This document shows positions 1 through 10,741 of a stretch of DNA of 64,000 bases, piece by piece. The notes under the pieces were generated by a model. That model was not told where the DNA came from, did not search any database, and saw only the letters and a program-made list of their open reading frames with translations. The position numbers and the translations under genes are program-made. The first letter of the stretch is position 1, and every line of letters begins with the position of its first letter. The DNA comes from Nitrospira sp. (GTDB taxonomy: Bacteria > Nitrospirota > Nitrospiria > Nitrospirales > Nitrospiraceae), in assembly GCA_047150005.1 (NCBI GenBank), contig AP038806.1, positions 896,001 to 960,000 on the forward strand, in the 5' to 3' direction.

Positions 1-443
1 CCGTCCTGGCTGCCGCTCGACGCGATGTACCGTCCGTTCGGGCTGACCGCCACCGCGTGGATTGCTCCCGCATGGCCGGTCTGAAAGACCACCTGCACAC
101 CGTCGGTGCTGACCGGCGCTTGGCGGGTCGGCGTTTGGCCCATCATCTGGTTCATCATCTTCTGCATGTCCGCTTCGTTCGGGGCCTGGAAGTCGTCCCT
201 GCTCGGTCCGCCCCGCCCGAAGGAAGGCGCCACGGCGCACCCGGCGACCATCAGCAGCATGAAGGCGATCATGAACCCGCTGCCGAGCCCGGCTGCGTCT
301 CGACGGCACCAGGACCGGAACATGGAGGGGGCCGGCGGCGCAGCCATCCCAGGCTCGAGATCTGAACGGTGCATCCGACGGCTGTTGAGGGAAGTGAATT
401 GAAGGAAGGAAGGGCTGGCGAAGGTGTGGTCGCAGCGCCGCAT
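1..443 (-). CDS. WD40-repeat lipoprotein, 5' part (runs off window start)
   Basis: Own translation of the minus strand from ATG 443 is open to base 1: hydrophobic segment ending LLMVAGC, then QTGHAGAIHAVAVSPNGRYIASSGSQD (WD40 repeat). True start may be a downstream ATG. Confidence 0.65.
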   Translation of the reverse strand, partial: MRRCDHTFASPSFLQFTSLNSRRMHRSDLEPGMAAPPAPSMFRSWCRRDAAGLGSGFMIAFMLLMVAGCAVAPSFGRGGPSRDDFQAPNEADMQKMMNQMMGQTPTRQAPVSTDGVQVVFQTGHAGAIHAVAVSPNGRYIASSGSQD

Positions 444-597
444 GGCACCTTCTGGAATCAGCTCAATGCGTGTGGCACGGAATGTCGGCCTGAGGGTATG
501 CCGAATCGGACCCAAACTGCAACGACTCTAAAGTATGGTAAGGCCACGAGGCGAAACGCCGAGGCAGACGGAAAGCACGCGGGATGCGGCTTGAGAA

Positions 598-2193
598 TTA
601 TTTATAGGGGATGGCGGGCCTGGTGAGATCGTTGTTGACCCAGTTGTTGCCCGCATTGACGTCGATGCCGCCCGCAGGCGCGGGCTTGTCGAGATTGGTA
701 TACTGGAATACCCCGAACGGCTGAATCTGATCGTCCGTGGGTAGTTGTTTGCGATTCCAGCCTCCGCCGAGCGAACGGACGAGTCTCACCGAGGCTCTCA
801 GCAATTCTGCCTTGATTTGCACGGAATCGATACGCGCCGTCAGCGTGGCGACCTGGGCATAAATGAGTTCGAGGCTCGAGGCCAGACCACCCTGATAGAG
901 TTCGGTGGTCAAATCCTGTGTCTTGCGCGTAGCCCCGACGGCCGCGTCCTGCCGGTTGGCCGCGACGGTAAACCGATCGGTCAGGCTCATATTGTTCTCC
1001 ACCTCGCGAAACGCATTCAGCACCGTAGACCGGTATCGGTCTTCCGTCTCGCGATAGAGCGACCAGGACTGCTGCAATTGCGCGCGACGATATCCGCCCT
1101 GGAAGACCGGCATCGACACGGTCGCGCCGTAGGACCAGAAACTGTTGGCGAGGGAGATGAGATTGAAGCCGGCGTCCTCGTACCCGCCTCCGAGCCGGAA
1201 CGAGACATTGGGATAAAACGCCCCGCGCGCCATGCCGATCGCACGGTTGGCCTGGGCCATCCGGCGCTCCATGGCGGCAATGTCGGGCCGCCGTTCCAAC
1301 AAGGTCGAGGGAATGGTCTGGGGAACCTTGAACTTGGCCACCCGAAGTTCATCGACCGGTTTGATGGAGAAACTGGCCGGGGCGATGTTCAGCAGGACGG
1401 CGATCGCCTGTTCCGCCACTTGGCGTTCGCCTTGAATCTGGGCTCTTCTCGTCTCGGTGCTGAACAACAGGGACTCGACCCGGGCGACGTCGAGAGCCGA
1501 TGCAATCTGGCCGCGGAACTGGGCGTTCACGAGGTCCAGCGACGCTGTGTAGAGCTCGATCGACTGTCGATAGATCGCGTCCTGCGCGTCGAGACCGCGA
1601 AGCGTGAAATAGCTCGACGCAACCTCTGCTTGTAGGCTCAGGCGCGCAAGCCCGTAATCCGCGGCCCGTTCTTCGGCGCGATACAGCTCCACCCGCATGG
1701 CATTGCGGAGCACCGACCAGAAATCGGGCTCCCAGGAGGCCATGCCTCCCGCCAGGACGCTCGACTGCTCGAGCGGAATCCCCGGAGCCAGAAACAGATG
1801 ATTGGCCGACACCCGATTGTCCGAGGCGTCGAACCCGATGCCGATGCGCGGGAGGTATTGCGAACGAGCCTTCATCATCATGTCCCGAGCTTGCACGAAC
1901 CGCTCGGCGGCGGCCTGCAAATCCGGATTGGCCGCCATGGCCTGCTCCTCCAACCGATTCAACGTGGGATCCTCGTAGACGGTCCACCAGTCCTGGCGGA
2001 GCTCGTCGTCGGCGGGCTTGGCTTCGACGAACGGACTGGATCCGCGCCAGGACTCGGGCACGACGAATTGAGCCGGCTCATAGGAGGGGGACAGGTCGAC
2101 GGCGGGAAAGCTGCAGGCCGTCAGGGTGCAGGCCAGCAGCCACAGGCCGCAAAGCCGCACAGGCGTATGGAGGAAAGGCCGCACGGACATCAT
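598..2193 (-). CDS. RND efflux outer-membrane lipoprotein (NodT/OprM family)
   Basis: Lipobox LTAC, WEPDFW, PSTLLERRPDIAAMER, LVRSLGGGW. Confidence 0.92.
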   Translation of the reverse strand: MMSVRPFLHTPVRLCGLWLLACTLTACSFPAVDLSPSYEPAQFVVPESWRGSSPFVEAKPADDELRQDWWTVYEDPTLNRLEEQAMAANPDLQAAAERFVQARDMMMKARSQYLPRIGIGFDASDNRVSANHLFLAPGIPLEQSSVLAGGMASWEPDFWSVLRNAMRVELYRAEERAADYGLARLSLQAEVASSYFTLRGLDAQDAIYRQSIELYTASLDLVNAQFRGQIASALDVARVESLLFSTETRRAQIQGERQVAEQAIAVLLNIAPASFSIKPVDELRVAKFKVPQTIPSTLLERRPDIAAMERRMAQANRAIGMARGAFYPNVSFRLGGGYEDAGFNLISLANSFWSYGATVSMPVFQGGYRRAQLQQSWSLYRETEDRYRSTVLNAFREVENNMSLTDRFTVAANRQDAAVGATRKTQDLTTELYQGGLASSLELIYAQVATLTARIDSVQIKAELLRASVRLVRSLGGGWNRKQLPTDDQIQPFGVFQYTNLDKPAPAGGIDVNAGNNWVNNDLTRPAIPYK

Positions 2194-3374
2194 TTTGCCG
2201 CCGCTTCACCGCTGAGCAGGTCGTACCCAGGTGCCGGCGTCACGACCCGCACCTTGTCGCCGTCCAGCAACGCGGCACTGGGGTTGTTCACGATGCGGTC
2301 GTCGGTGGAGATCCCCTCCGCCACTTCGACGGCATTGTCGAGCAGACGGCTCACGGTAATGGGCTGCATGCGCACGCGGTCATCCTCCGTGACCACAGCG
2401 ACCTGCGTCCCATGCTCCTGGAACACCAACGCCGTCGATGGAATCATGTACACCTTCCTATCGACCGGCGCCGTCAACACAACTTTGCCGTAGGAGCCCG
2501 GCCACAAGGCTCGGTCGTCGTTGTCGATCGTGAAGACGGTGACGGCCGTGCGTGTGTTCACATCGAATCCCCGTGCGACCGTCAGAAATTTAGCGACGAA
2601 ATGACGATTGGGCAATTGCGGCACGGTCACATCGGCTGTGAGACCCGGCTGCAGGAACGGGCCGAACGACTCCGGTACGCTGACAAAGAGACGCATCATG
2701 CTGACGTCCGCGACGGTGAACAGATTGCTGATGGAGACCGGCGTGCTGATCGTGCCTTCCTTGTTGACGTAGTCGCCGACGTTGATGTTGCGCACGGTCA
2801 CGACGCCGTCGTATGGCGCGACGATCGTCTTGAACCGGATGAGGGCTTCGAAGTTCCTGACGTTCTGCTCCGCAGCCTTGACTTTCGCAGCTTCGGCTTT
2901 CGCGTGGGCGACCTGGACGGAAATCGACTGCTCGGACACCGCATGGTTCTTGCGCAGCGCGAGCCAGCGCTTTGCGGTAATGTCTGCGAGCGCGTATTTG
3001 GCTCGCTCCGACTCCAGGTCCGCCTTGGCTTGCGCGTATTGGGCATCGAGGGCCGGCGCGTTGATTTCTGCAAGAATGTCGCCCTTCTTCACGAGTGCGC
3101 CGTAATCCTTGTACCACATCTTCACGTAGCCTGAGACTTGGGCATAGATCGGCGCTTCGAACCAGGCGGTAATATTGCCGGGCAGTGTAATGGTCTCGCT
3201 CGGATCCCCGGGCTTTGGGTTGACGACGGCCACGGTAGGCACGGCATTCTCGATCGTCTTCTCGCGCAGCAACGCGGCGTCGCTTCGGCTTTCATGAATT
3301 CGATAGCCGATGTACACCACACACAGCAGACCCAGCGTCACAGCAATATGTCTTCCCGTGAGCATCTTCGTCAT
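2190..3374 (-). CDS. RND efflux periplasmic adaptor (membrane fusion protein)
   Basis: N-terminal TM segment, IYAQVSGY, IVAPYDGVV, LWPG; lies between the permease and OMF genes. Confidence 0.92.
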   Translation of the reverse strand: MTKMLTGRHIAVTLGLLCVVYIGYRIHESRSDAALLREKTIENAVPTVAVVNPKPGDPSETITLPGNITAWFEAPIYAQVSGYVKMWYKDYGALVKKGDILAEINAPALDAQYAQAKADLESERAKYALADITAKRWLALRKNHAVSEQSISVQVAHAKAEAAKVKAAEQNVRNFEALIRFKTIVAPYDGVVTVRNINVGDYVNKEGTISTPVSISNLFTVADVSMMRLFVSVPESFGPFLQPGLTADVTVPQLPNRHFVAKFLTVARGFDVNTRTAVTVFTIDNDDRALWPGSYGKVVLTAPVDRKVYMIPSTALVFQEHGTQVAVVTEDDRVRMQPITVSRLLDNAVEVAEGISTDDRIVNNPSAALLDGDKVRVVTPAPGYDLLSGEAAAK

Positions 3375-5068
3375 GAGCCGTGTCCCTTTTGCTGAGGTGC
3401 CCGCCGACTATAGACCATGGCATAGACGCAGGGCACGAAAAACAGCGTGAACAACGTGGCCACCAGCAAGCCGCCGATGACGGCGCGGCCCAGCGGCGCA
3501 TTCGTGGAATAACCCGTCGCCATGGGAACCATCCCCATGATCATGGCCGAGGCGGTCATGAGCACCGGACGAAAGCGGGTCGTCCCGGCCTCGACCGCCG
3601 CCAACACGGCATCGCTGTGTTCCTGAAGCCGTTCGCGGGCGTAGGAGACGACCAGGATGGAATTCGCGGTGGCCGTGCCCATGGTCATGATGGCACCCGT
3701 CAGCGCCGGCTCCGACAAACGCGTATGGGTCAAGAACAACGACCATGCGATCCCGGCCAATGCTCCCGGCAGGGCCGTAATAATGATAAAAGGATCGAGC
3801 CAGGATTGGAAGTTGACGACGATCAAGAGATAAACCAGCGCAATCGCGGCAAACAGCCCGAAGATCAGCTGGAAGTAGGCGTCGTGCATCAGCGAAGCCT
3901 GGCCATGGACTTCGACTTCGGCGCTCCGGGGCTTCTCGTGCTCCATGCTCTTGACGACCTTCTCCACGTCCGCCAGCACGCCGCCGAGGTCGCGCCCTTC
4001 GGCGGAGACATAGATGTTGAACAGCGGCATGATGTTCCCGTGCGTGACCACCCCCGGCGTGCCTTCCGCCGAAATGTCGGCCAAGTTGCCAAGCAGTTGC
4101 ACTTCACGATCCTTCGACGTGTTGTCCGAGGAATCGACCGGGACGGTCTTGATACTATTCAGGCTGTTGATCTGGGGCTGCGGCGTATATACATTGATCA
4201 GGTACGACATGCCGGTCGAGGGGTCGAGCCAATAGATCTGGTCGACCTGTTGGCTCCCGGCGGTCGTCATGAGCAGATTATCGGCCATGTCCTTCAGAGT
4301 CCTGTTGACACCGAGTCCGAACGTGCGGTTGCCCTCGACCATGAGGGTCGGTGTGCGCATCGTCTGTTGGATCACCACATCCACCGCGCCCGGGATATCG
4401 CGAAACTTTCCCACCAGTTTGCGGGCGAACTCGTAGTTGGGATACATGTCAGGGCCGTTGACCTGCACGTCGATGGGCGCGGGCGCTCCGAAGTTGAGAA
4501 TCTTCGCGGTGAGATCCGACGGCTGGAACGTGAACTCGGTGCCCGGATAACGCTCCGCCAGGCCTTTGCGCAGGATGCGGCGGAAGTCCCACACCGGGGA
4601 CTTTTCATTTCCTAAGAGAATCGTCAGATCGCAATCCTGAGAGCCGATCGTCGGCGTCGGAATGAAGGCGAGATTGTGCGGTCCGACCGGCAGGCCGCAA
4701 TTGCTGACGATGTTTTCCACCTGACCCGGCAGCAGTTCTTCGATGCTGTTGGAGACCAGCGTGGCGAGACGTCCCGCCACTTCGATGCGCGTCCCAAGCG
4801 GCGCCCGCATGTGCATCTGAATGACCCCCGACCGAATTTCGGGGAAGTAGTCGCGTCCAAGAAAGAAGAAGAGAGACAGAGAGGCCAGCGCGATTGCCAG
4901 CGAGATTTTGACGAACGTATTGCGACGCGCAATCACCCATTCGAGCAGGTGACCATACCCCTCGCGAAATTGATCGAAACGGCGCTCGAACGCCTTCTGA
5001 AAGCGGACAAAGACGTTCTGCGATGGTTCCGCGCCGGATGGTCCGTGCGGCTCAGGCGGCTTCGACAT
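3371..5068 (-). CDS. RND permease, C-terminal half (split or frameshifted)
   Basis: FQSWLDPFIII, TRFRPVLMTA, PLGRAVIGGLL; overlaps the N-half by 17 nt in another frame. Confidence 0.8.
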   Translation of the reverse strand: MSKPPEPHGPSGAEPSQNVFVRFQKAFERRFDQFREGYGHLLEWVIARRNTFVKISLAIALASLSLFFFLGRDYFPEIRSGVIQMHMRAPLGTRIEVAGRLATLVSNSIEELLPGQVENIVSNCGLPVGPHNLAFIPTPTIGSQDCDLTILLGNEKSPVWDFRRILRKGLAERYPGTEFTFQPSDLTAKILNFGAPAPIDVQVNGPDMYPNYEFARKLVGKFRDIPGAVDVVIQQTMRTPTLMVEGNRTFGLGVNRTLKDMADNLLMTTAGSQQVDQIYWLDPSTGMSYLINVYTPQPQINSLNSIKTVPVDSSDNTSKDREVQLLGNLADISAEGTPGVVTHGNIMPLFNIYVSAEGRDLGGVLADVEKVVKSMEHEKPRSAEVEVHGQASLMHDAYFQLIFGLFAAIALVYLLIVVNFQSWLDPFIIITALPGALAGIAWSLFLTHTRLSEPALTGAIMTMGTATANSILVVSYARERLQEHSDAVLAAVEAGTTRFRPVLMTASAMIMGMVPMATGYSTNAPLGRAVIGGLLVATLFTLFFVPCVYAMVYSRRAPQQKGHGS

Positions 5069-6551
5069 GGTGACTCTTCAATAGATATTTCGCCATGGTC
5101 GGCACCAGCGTGCGCGACAAGATGAAGGAGGCGAGCATCGCGATAATGACCGCCTCCGCCATGGGTTTGAACAGGTAGCCGGCGACCCCGCCGAGTTCGA
5201 AGAGCGGAATCCAGACGATCGCGATGCAGAGCGTGGCGACCAGCGTCGGGACGACGATTTGATTGGCGGCGTCGATGATGGCCGTTTCGAGCGGCTTTCC
5301 CATTTCGATATGGCGATCAATATTCTCAATCATCACGGTCGCGTCGTCGACCAAGATGCCGACGGCCAGCGCCAACCCACCCAAGGTCATCACATTGATC
5401 GTCTCTTCGAGCCAATGAAGGCCGATGACGGCGGTCAGAATCGACAGCGGGATCGAGGTCCATACGATGACGGTGGCCCTCCAGGAGCCGATCAGCAAGA
5501 GGACGATGAGGCCGACGAGCGCGCCGGCGGTCGCCATTTCATGCACGACGTCAAGGATCGAATCCTTGACGAAGGTCGAGGCGTCGTCGAGGAGCCGGAT
5601 CTTGACGCCTTCCGGGGAGATTTGCTCGGCCCGCGGGATCATCTTCTTGATCCCATCGACGACGTCCAGGGTCGAGGCCTCCGTGCTCTTCATCGCCACG
5701 ATGATGACGGTCTGTTTGCCCTTCACCAACACCGCGTTCTGTTGTACCCGGCCCATGAGGCGGACCGTGGCGACGTCGCGCAAATAGATGAACGCATTGC
5801 CTTCCCGCTTGATCGGGATATCGGCGAAATGGTCGATCTGTAATGGTGACGCGTTCGTCAGGACGATCCAGTCGGTCGACTTGATCTTGATGTCGCCCGA
5901 CGGCAGCACGAGATATTGCTTCATGAGAACATCGTGAATATCCTTCGGCGTGAGATGGCGGGCGAGCAATTTCTGCTGATCGAGGTTGACCATGACCTGC
6001 ATGTCCTGGCCGCCGTACGGGTGAGGCAGGACGATCCCCGGCACCGTCACGAGCAGGGGTCGGATTCGCATATAGGCGAGATTGTAGAGTTCCGCCGGGG
6101 TCATGTTATCGGAACTGATTTGGAGCATGGCCACCGGTATGGAGGATGGCGCAAGACGCATGACCATCGGCGGAGAAATATCGGGCGGCAGCGCCTTCAC
6201 GACGTTCTGTGCAATGCCCACGATATCCGCTTCGGCCCTGCCGACATCGACTCCATCCTGAAGAAAAATATTGGTGATGCTGCTGCCGTAGTACGAGTGG
6301 CTGTGGATATACTTGATGCCTTCCACGGTCGAGGTCAGGAAGCGTTCGAACAAATACGTAATGCGTCCTTCCACCTGCTGCGGCAGCAGGCCGGAGTAGA
6401 TCCAGACCACCGAGGTGACGGGAATCGTGATGTTCGGGAACACGTCGGTCGGCATGTGGAGCAATGTCTTGACGCCCCACAGCACGATAAGAATGGACAT
6501 GACGACGAAGGTGTACGGTCTCCGGAGGGCGATAAGAACGATCTGGTTCAT
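5052..6551 (-). CDS. RND permease, N-terminal half (split or frameshifted)
   Basis: ALRRPYTF, MPTDVFP, INVMTLGGLALAVGILVDDATVMIENI; stops just after TM6. Confidence 0.8.
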   Translation of the reverse strand: MNQIVLIALRRPYTFVVMSILIVLWGVKTLLHMPTDVFPNITIPVTSVVWIYSGLLPQQVEGRITYLFERFLTSTVEGIKYIHSHSYYGSSITNIFLQDGVDVGRAEADIVGIAQNVVKALPPDISPPMVMRLAPSSIPVAMLQISSDNMTPAELYNLAYMRIRPLLVTVPGIVLPHPYGGQDMQVMVNLDQQKLLARHLTPKDIHDVLMKQYLVLPSGDIKIKSTDWIVLTNASPLQIDHFADIPIKREGNAFIYLRDVATVRLMGRVQQNAVLVKGKQTVIIVAMKSTEASTLDVVDGIKKMIPRAEQISPEGVKIRLLDDASTFVKDSILDVVHEMATAGALVGLIVLLLIGSWRATVIVWTSIPLSILTAVIGLHWLEETINVMTLGGLALAVGILVDDATVMIENIDRHIEMGKPLETAIIDAANQIVVPTLVATLCIAIVWIPLFELGGVAGYLFKPMAEAVIIAMLASFILSRTLVPTMAKYLLKSHHVEAA

Positions 6552-6640
6552 ATGCGAGGTCTGCCTGAAGCGAGTTGATTCTCTGTCATTTAGACACCGC
6601 TTGTCCAGCCGGTCGGTCCAGGGATCTTCCTAGGGTATAT

Positions 6641-6657
6641 AGCAAGCATCTTACCGG
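6641..6657 (-). promoter_or_regulatory. Possible sigma-54 (-24/-12) promoter of the RND operon
   Basis: Minus strand CCGGTAAGATGCTTGCT is GG-N10-GC with TTGCT, about 90 nt upstream of the permease ATG. Confidence 0.4.
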
Positions 6658-6894
6658 CTTCCGTCGTCGGTCGAGCGAGCGCCTTCATATGGCCGCTCGC
6701 TCCGACAACTGTGGGATATGGCCCAATAATCAGCGTAGTACAGCAGACAGTCCTGTCAAGTCGCACCTCCGCCGCGATAACCGAAGACCGAAATCGTGAT
6801 ATTACGCACTGGGCGCATTGTGCGAAAACTCACATTTTTACCGGTCGGACCGGTCGCGGCGAAGTGGGGCCGCGACTGATTCTTGTCGAAATAA

Positions 6895-7839
6895 ATGGAG
6901 TTTGATGGACTCCCTCCCCTGTATCTCCGGAAACCGTTGATTGGTATTGATCTTGCGATGCATCCCTCTCGCCAACGGTCGGTCATGCGACAATCGGACT
7001 CTACGGAGGACAGCATGATGACGGGAATTCGGATGGGCGGCTTGGCGATAGCGCTGATGATCGCACTCGACGGTGTCGGCACCACCGCAAGTCCGGCTGG
7101 AGCCGAAACAGCCCCGGCAACTCAGGCGGAAGCCGAATCCCTGACGGTCGCCGCAGCCCACAGTTTGAAGCCCGCATTTCAAGAAATTCTGCCGATATTC
7201 GAGAAAGAACATGGGGTGACGGTGCAGGTTCAATATGGACCGTCGCAAACGCTGCGCCAGCAAATTGAGAAGGGGGCGCCGATCGACGTGTTTCTTCCCG
7301 AAGGAGTGGAAGACGTCAAGAAGCTGCAGAAGAAAGGCCTGACGCTCAACGGCGGAGCCCGGATCTTTGCACAGACCTCTCTCGTGCTCGTGATGTCCAC
7401 CACTTCACAAGCCGCCTCGATCTCTTTTCGCGATGCGCTTCCCAATCAAGCCATTCGCGTCGCCCTCGTCGACCCCAAGACCTCGGCAATGGGAGAGGTG
7501 ACGGCCAGGGCGTTGACCAAGCTCGATCCCGCTTCCAGGAACCGCTCTCGGCTTCTTCATGCGCCACACAGCGACGATGTCGTGAATTTGGTCAGCACGG
7601 GAAGCGCCGAAGTGGGTCTCGTCTATCGTGTTGATGCGATCAACAGCGGGCAAGTCCGCATTATCGATGAGGCTCCGGCGGGTACGCATCTCCCCGTTCA
7701 GTTCGGGCACGCGGTCGTCTGGACTTGCCGGGACTCGTCCCGGGAGGTCGCGGAACAGTTCTTTGATTTCGTCATGAGTCCCCGCGTCCAAAAGCTCCTG
7801 CTCAAATACGGTTTCGACCCCGTGCCCTCCAACGAGTGA
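6895..7839 (+). CDS. modA: Molybdate ABC transporter substrate-binding protein (start probably near 6985-7018)
   Basis: LTVAAAHSLK, YGPSQTLRQQIEKGAPIDVFL, GLVYRVDA, LLKYGF. Confidence 0.85.
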   Translation: MEFDGLPPLYLRKPLIGIDLAMHPSRQRSVMRQSDSTEDSMMTGIRMGGLAIALMIALDGVGTTASPAGAETAPATQAEAESLTVAAAHSLKPAFQEILPIFEKEHGVTVQVQYGPSQTLRQQIEKGAPIDVFLPEGVEDVKKLQKKGLTLNGGARIFAQTSLVLVMSTTSQAASISFRDALPNQAIRVALVDPKTSAMGEVTARALTKLDPASRNRSRLLHAPHSDDVVNLVSTGSAEVGLVYRVDAINSGQVRIIDEAPAGTHLPVQFGHAVVWTCRDSSREVAEQFFDFVMSPRVQKLLLKYGFDPVPSNE

Positions 7840-7972
7840 GACCGATTCCCGCATCCGATTCTTGCCTCTTGTTCACAACAACCACTCCCGGTCCCCAATT
7901 AGCTACGTCGAGACCGCGGGGCACGAGCCTGCCATGCCGCGTTGCAGTAGAACCTTTCATGAATAATGCGGG

Positions 7973-8407
7973 CTAGGACTCGATGCCGGGTCCCAATCCG
8001 ATGCGGGCCCGCAACAGATCGTGCCGCGTCACCGAGTAGGCAACCTGCCCCTGCTTGATCACCGGGATATTGATCAGGTGCTTTTCGTTCATAATACGGA
8101 TCGCATCGCCGATGGTGGTCGATTCATTCGCAACGAAGTGGCCCGTGCTCATGAGCTGGTCCGCAGTCAGCTGGTTCAAATCCTTGCCCGACTCGATCGC
8201 CCTGAGGAGGTCGAACTCGCTGACGAATCCGACGAACCTCCCCTGATCGTCCACGATCGGCGCCCCCGAGGCGTGGGCCGCAAGCAATTCAACCGCGACA
8301 TCCATCGCGGTGCTCTTGCTGTGGAACCGCAGATCGTTGGTGGCATCGATCTCGCCCAGCGTCTTGAATCCCCCCGCCGGAACACCTTCCATTGTTATGC
8401 TGGCCAT
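7973..8407 (-). CDS. CBS-domain protein
   Basis: GAPIVDDQGRFVGFVSEFDLL and VTRHDLL CBS pair; GGAGG RBS before MASIT. Confidence 0.85.
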   Translation of the reverse strand: MASITMEGVPAGGFKTLGEIDATNDLRFHSKSTAMDVAVELLAAHASGAPIVDDQGRFVGFVSEFDLLRAIESGKDLNQLTADQLMSTGHFVANESTTIGDAIRIMNEKHLINIPVIKQGQVAYSVTRHDLLRARIGLGPGIES

Positions 8408-8786
8408 ACAGGACCTCCCTGGTAAAAGCTCCACCTCTTCTATACCGGTGGTGGGCGGAACGAGAAACTAGGAGCATCCCGAGCCTTCAAGTCCACTTAC
8501 AAAGAACCACCAAACCCGTCCGTCTGCTGCGGAGTCAATGAGATGCTGACAATCGAATGTGCGGGTCGCGGACCTGGAAGAAACCCTAGTAGCGCAATGG
8601 GGGAATTTCTGAGAGGTAGATGGAAGAAGGAGACGCGATATGACGATTAGCCAGGCTACCTGATTCCTAACCGGCAGACAGTACCCTCAGCTTACCAACT
8701 GTCTTCGAAGATTTTCATGATGAACCAAATCATCACATCTGGTCCCAGGAGTGAACTCGGGCAAATCCTCGGTCGAAACCCGGCCT

Positions 8787-9308
8787 TTATTTCTCTTCTC
8801 GCACGGCGTCTTGATTGTTCACCGCCTGAAAGTCGTTCGCAAACACCGTCACCAGATCTTCCACCACTTTGGCAGCGTCGCGCAAATTCTTCGAACCGGG
8901 TGTCCCGATCACACCTTGCTCCCAGGTACTCGCAAACATCTTTCGCTGCGGCCGATGTGCCAATGCCACCGACTGCTTGAGGGCAACCGTGACAACATAC
9001 ACATACTGGTCCGACTGAATCTTGTATGTGCCCACCCGCACATACAGAGAGGGTTTGGACGGGGTCGTCGCCTGCTCCGCCGGCGTCAGAATCCGCATGC
9101 CACGTGATTGCAACGGACGTTCCGCCGCGGCGCGAATCAACTCCTCTGATAAGCCGTCCTCTTGAGCATCCGGCGGAACTTCCTCGATGATCACCGAGAC
9201 TCCAGGAAGATCGCGCAAGGATTCACGCTGGATAGAAGATGCTCCGTGGACCACACCTGAATCGAGGCTCACAAACACCGTCACGATCAGTAGTGCAAAA
9301 TATTGCAT
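8787..9308 (-). CDS. Hypothetical secreted protein
   Basis: Signal-peptide-like start MQYFALLIVTVFVS; about 170-aa open frame. Confidence 0.6.
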   Translation of the reverse strand: MQYFALLIVTVFVSLDSGVVHGASSIQRESLRDLPGVSVIIEEVPPDAQEDGLSEELIRAAAERPLQSRGMRILTPAEQATTPSKPSLYVRVGTYKIQSDQYVYVVTVALKQSVALAHRPQRKMFASTWEQGVIGTPGSKNLRDAAKVVEDLVTVFANDFQAVNNQDAVREEK

Positions 9309-9495
9309 GGGATCACCATGATGAATGGTTAGGGAAAGGTGCACGATACCGTGAACCCGCGCTGCTGACAACCCCTCCTGTTCGACGGTAGCGGGTCAGG
9401 CGATCTTTCTCGCCGCAATTGTTCATGAATTGCCCGTGAACAAAAGCCCCGCCCGCGATGACGATGAGAGACCTGATCCGGCCTGCTTGCCGCTG

Positions 9496-10581
9496 CTACT
9501 GGCAGAATTTCAGTCGAGCTTCATCGTCAAAGTCATCGAGGTGCTCATGGTCAACGTAGGTTTGCACAAACGTAGATGGGATATACGTGGTCATTTCTGC
9601 GACCTCAATGGGCACCAGCGCGCCGCCGGCAGGACAGTCCTCAATTTTTCGAATTTCGATCGGTTGGTCACCCCGTAGCTGAACATAGCTCGAAATCAGC
9701 GAAAAGACGTTCGCGGGATACGCACGAGTCTGTGTATCCACCAAGGCGCCATCCTTGTGATAGATACTGGTCATCTTTCCCGTTCGAAATGTCAGCCACC
9801 CTTCCCGGGACGCGTCGCGCAGGCTTTGGTGATACAGCATCTGAGTCCCCTTTCTCCTGCAGTCCCGTGGAGCGACATCGAGCTTCTGGCCATCCGGCAT
9901 CCGGACCTCTAGTCCTTCCGGAAGAATGAAGAGGGCCTCGCTCCCGCCCACGTCAGCCAGGTGAAACCTCCGGAGAAACCCGGAGCAGATGTCGGAAATC
10001 GCCGTGACATGTTGCTCTGAGTCTAGGCTGACCCAGCTCTTCTTGCCTCGATCAAATCCCCGAGCGCCGGTTCTGGTATAGGCGAGCACCGTCTTGGTGA
10101 CCAGTGCCTGCGCGACTTGCTGCCAGGTCGGAGCTTGGGGCGCGATTTCCACAACTCGTTGTTGCGCCGAGGTCATCATGTAGGACAGGAATGCAACTCC
10201 GCCGAGACCTGGAATTCCGGAATCACTTTCAATGAGATGTTCACCGTATTCGAGAACGACCTTTTTGCTCGTGCGCGGGTTCAGCTCCGCGATGGGTTCC
10301 CCGTCGATCGTGATGCGGCAACCCAAGGGAGACATGCAGCGAAGCAAAATCTTCCCCTGCGGTGAAATCGCCGGATGGTCCGCCTCCTTTCTCCCGGCAC
10401 GAGTGTTCTCTCTTGCCGTTGCCCGCGGAAGTTGGAAAGAAGCCTTAACACCGGACGAAGCAAGGTGTGACCCTTGTTCTGCTCTCGTGTGGCCGTCGCT
10501 CACGTCATGGCTGAACAGCAACCAAACCGTCACAGCCGAAAAACATATTGAAGTCCACCGCATATTCATCAGTTCATTCAA
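9496..10581 (-). CDS. Hypothetical exported protein (PEGA-like segment)
   Basis: 361-aa ORF, hydrophobic N-terminus, SPLGCRITIDGEPI...YGEHLIE. Confidence 0.55.
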   Translation of the reverse strand: MNELMNMRWTSICFSAVTVWLLFSHDVSDGHTRAEQGSHLASSGVKASFQLPRATARENTRAGRKEADHPAISPQGKILLRCMSPLGCRITIDGEPIAELNPRTSKKVVLEYGEHLIESDSGIPGLGGVAFLSYMMTSAQQRVVEIAPQAPTWQQVAQALVTKTVLAYTRTGARGFDRGKKSWVSLDSEQHVTAISDICSGFLRRFHLADVGGSEALFILPEGLEVRMPDGQKLDVAPRDCRRKGTQMLYHQSLRDASREGWLTFRTGKMTSIYHKDGALVDTQTRAYPANVFSLISSYVQLRGDQPIEIRKIEDCPAGGALVPIEVAEMTTYIPSTFVQTYVDHEHLDDFDDEARLKFCQ

Positions 10582-10741
10582 TCAACCGCGATCAGCATCG
10601 AGGTATGATCGTTGGTATTGGCAATCCTGAACCACGGGACTATTTATACCAGGACAATGCTCCATTCATACCTCCCCACCCAGATCGCGTCACGTCATTC
10701 ACCGAGGGTACGAATACTCACATCGGTTCGGTCTCAAGCAC

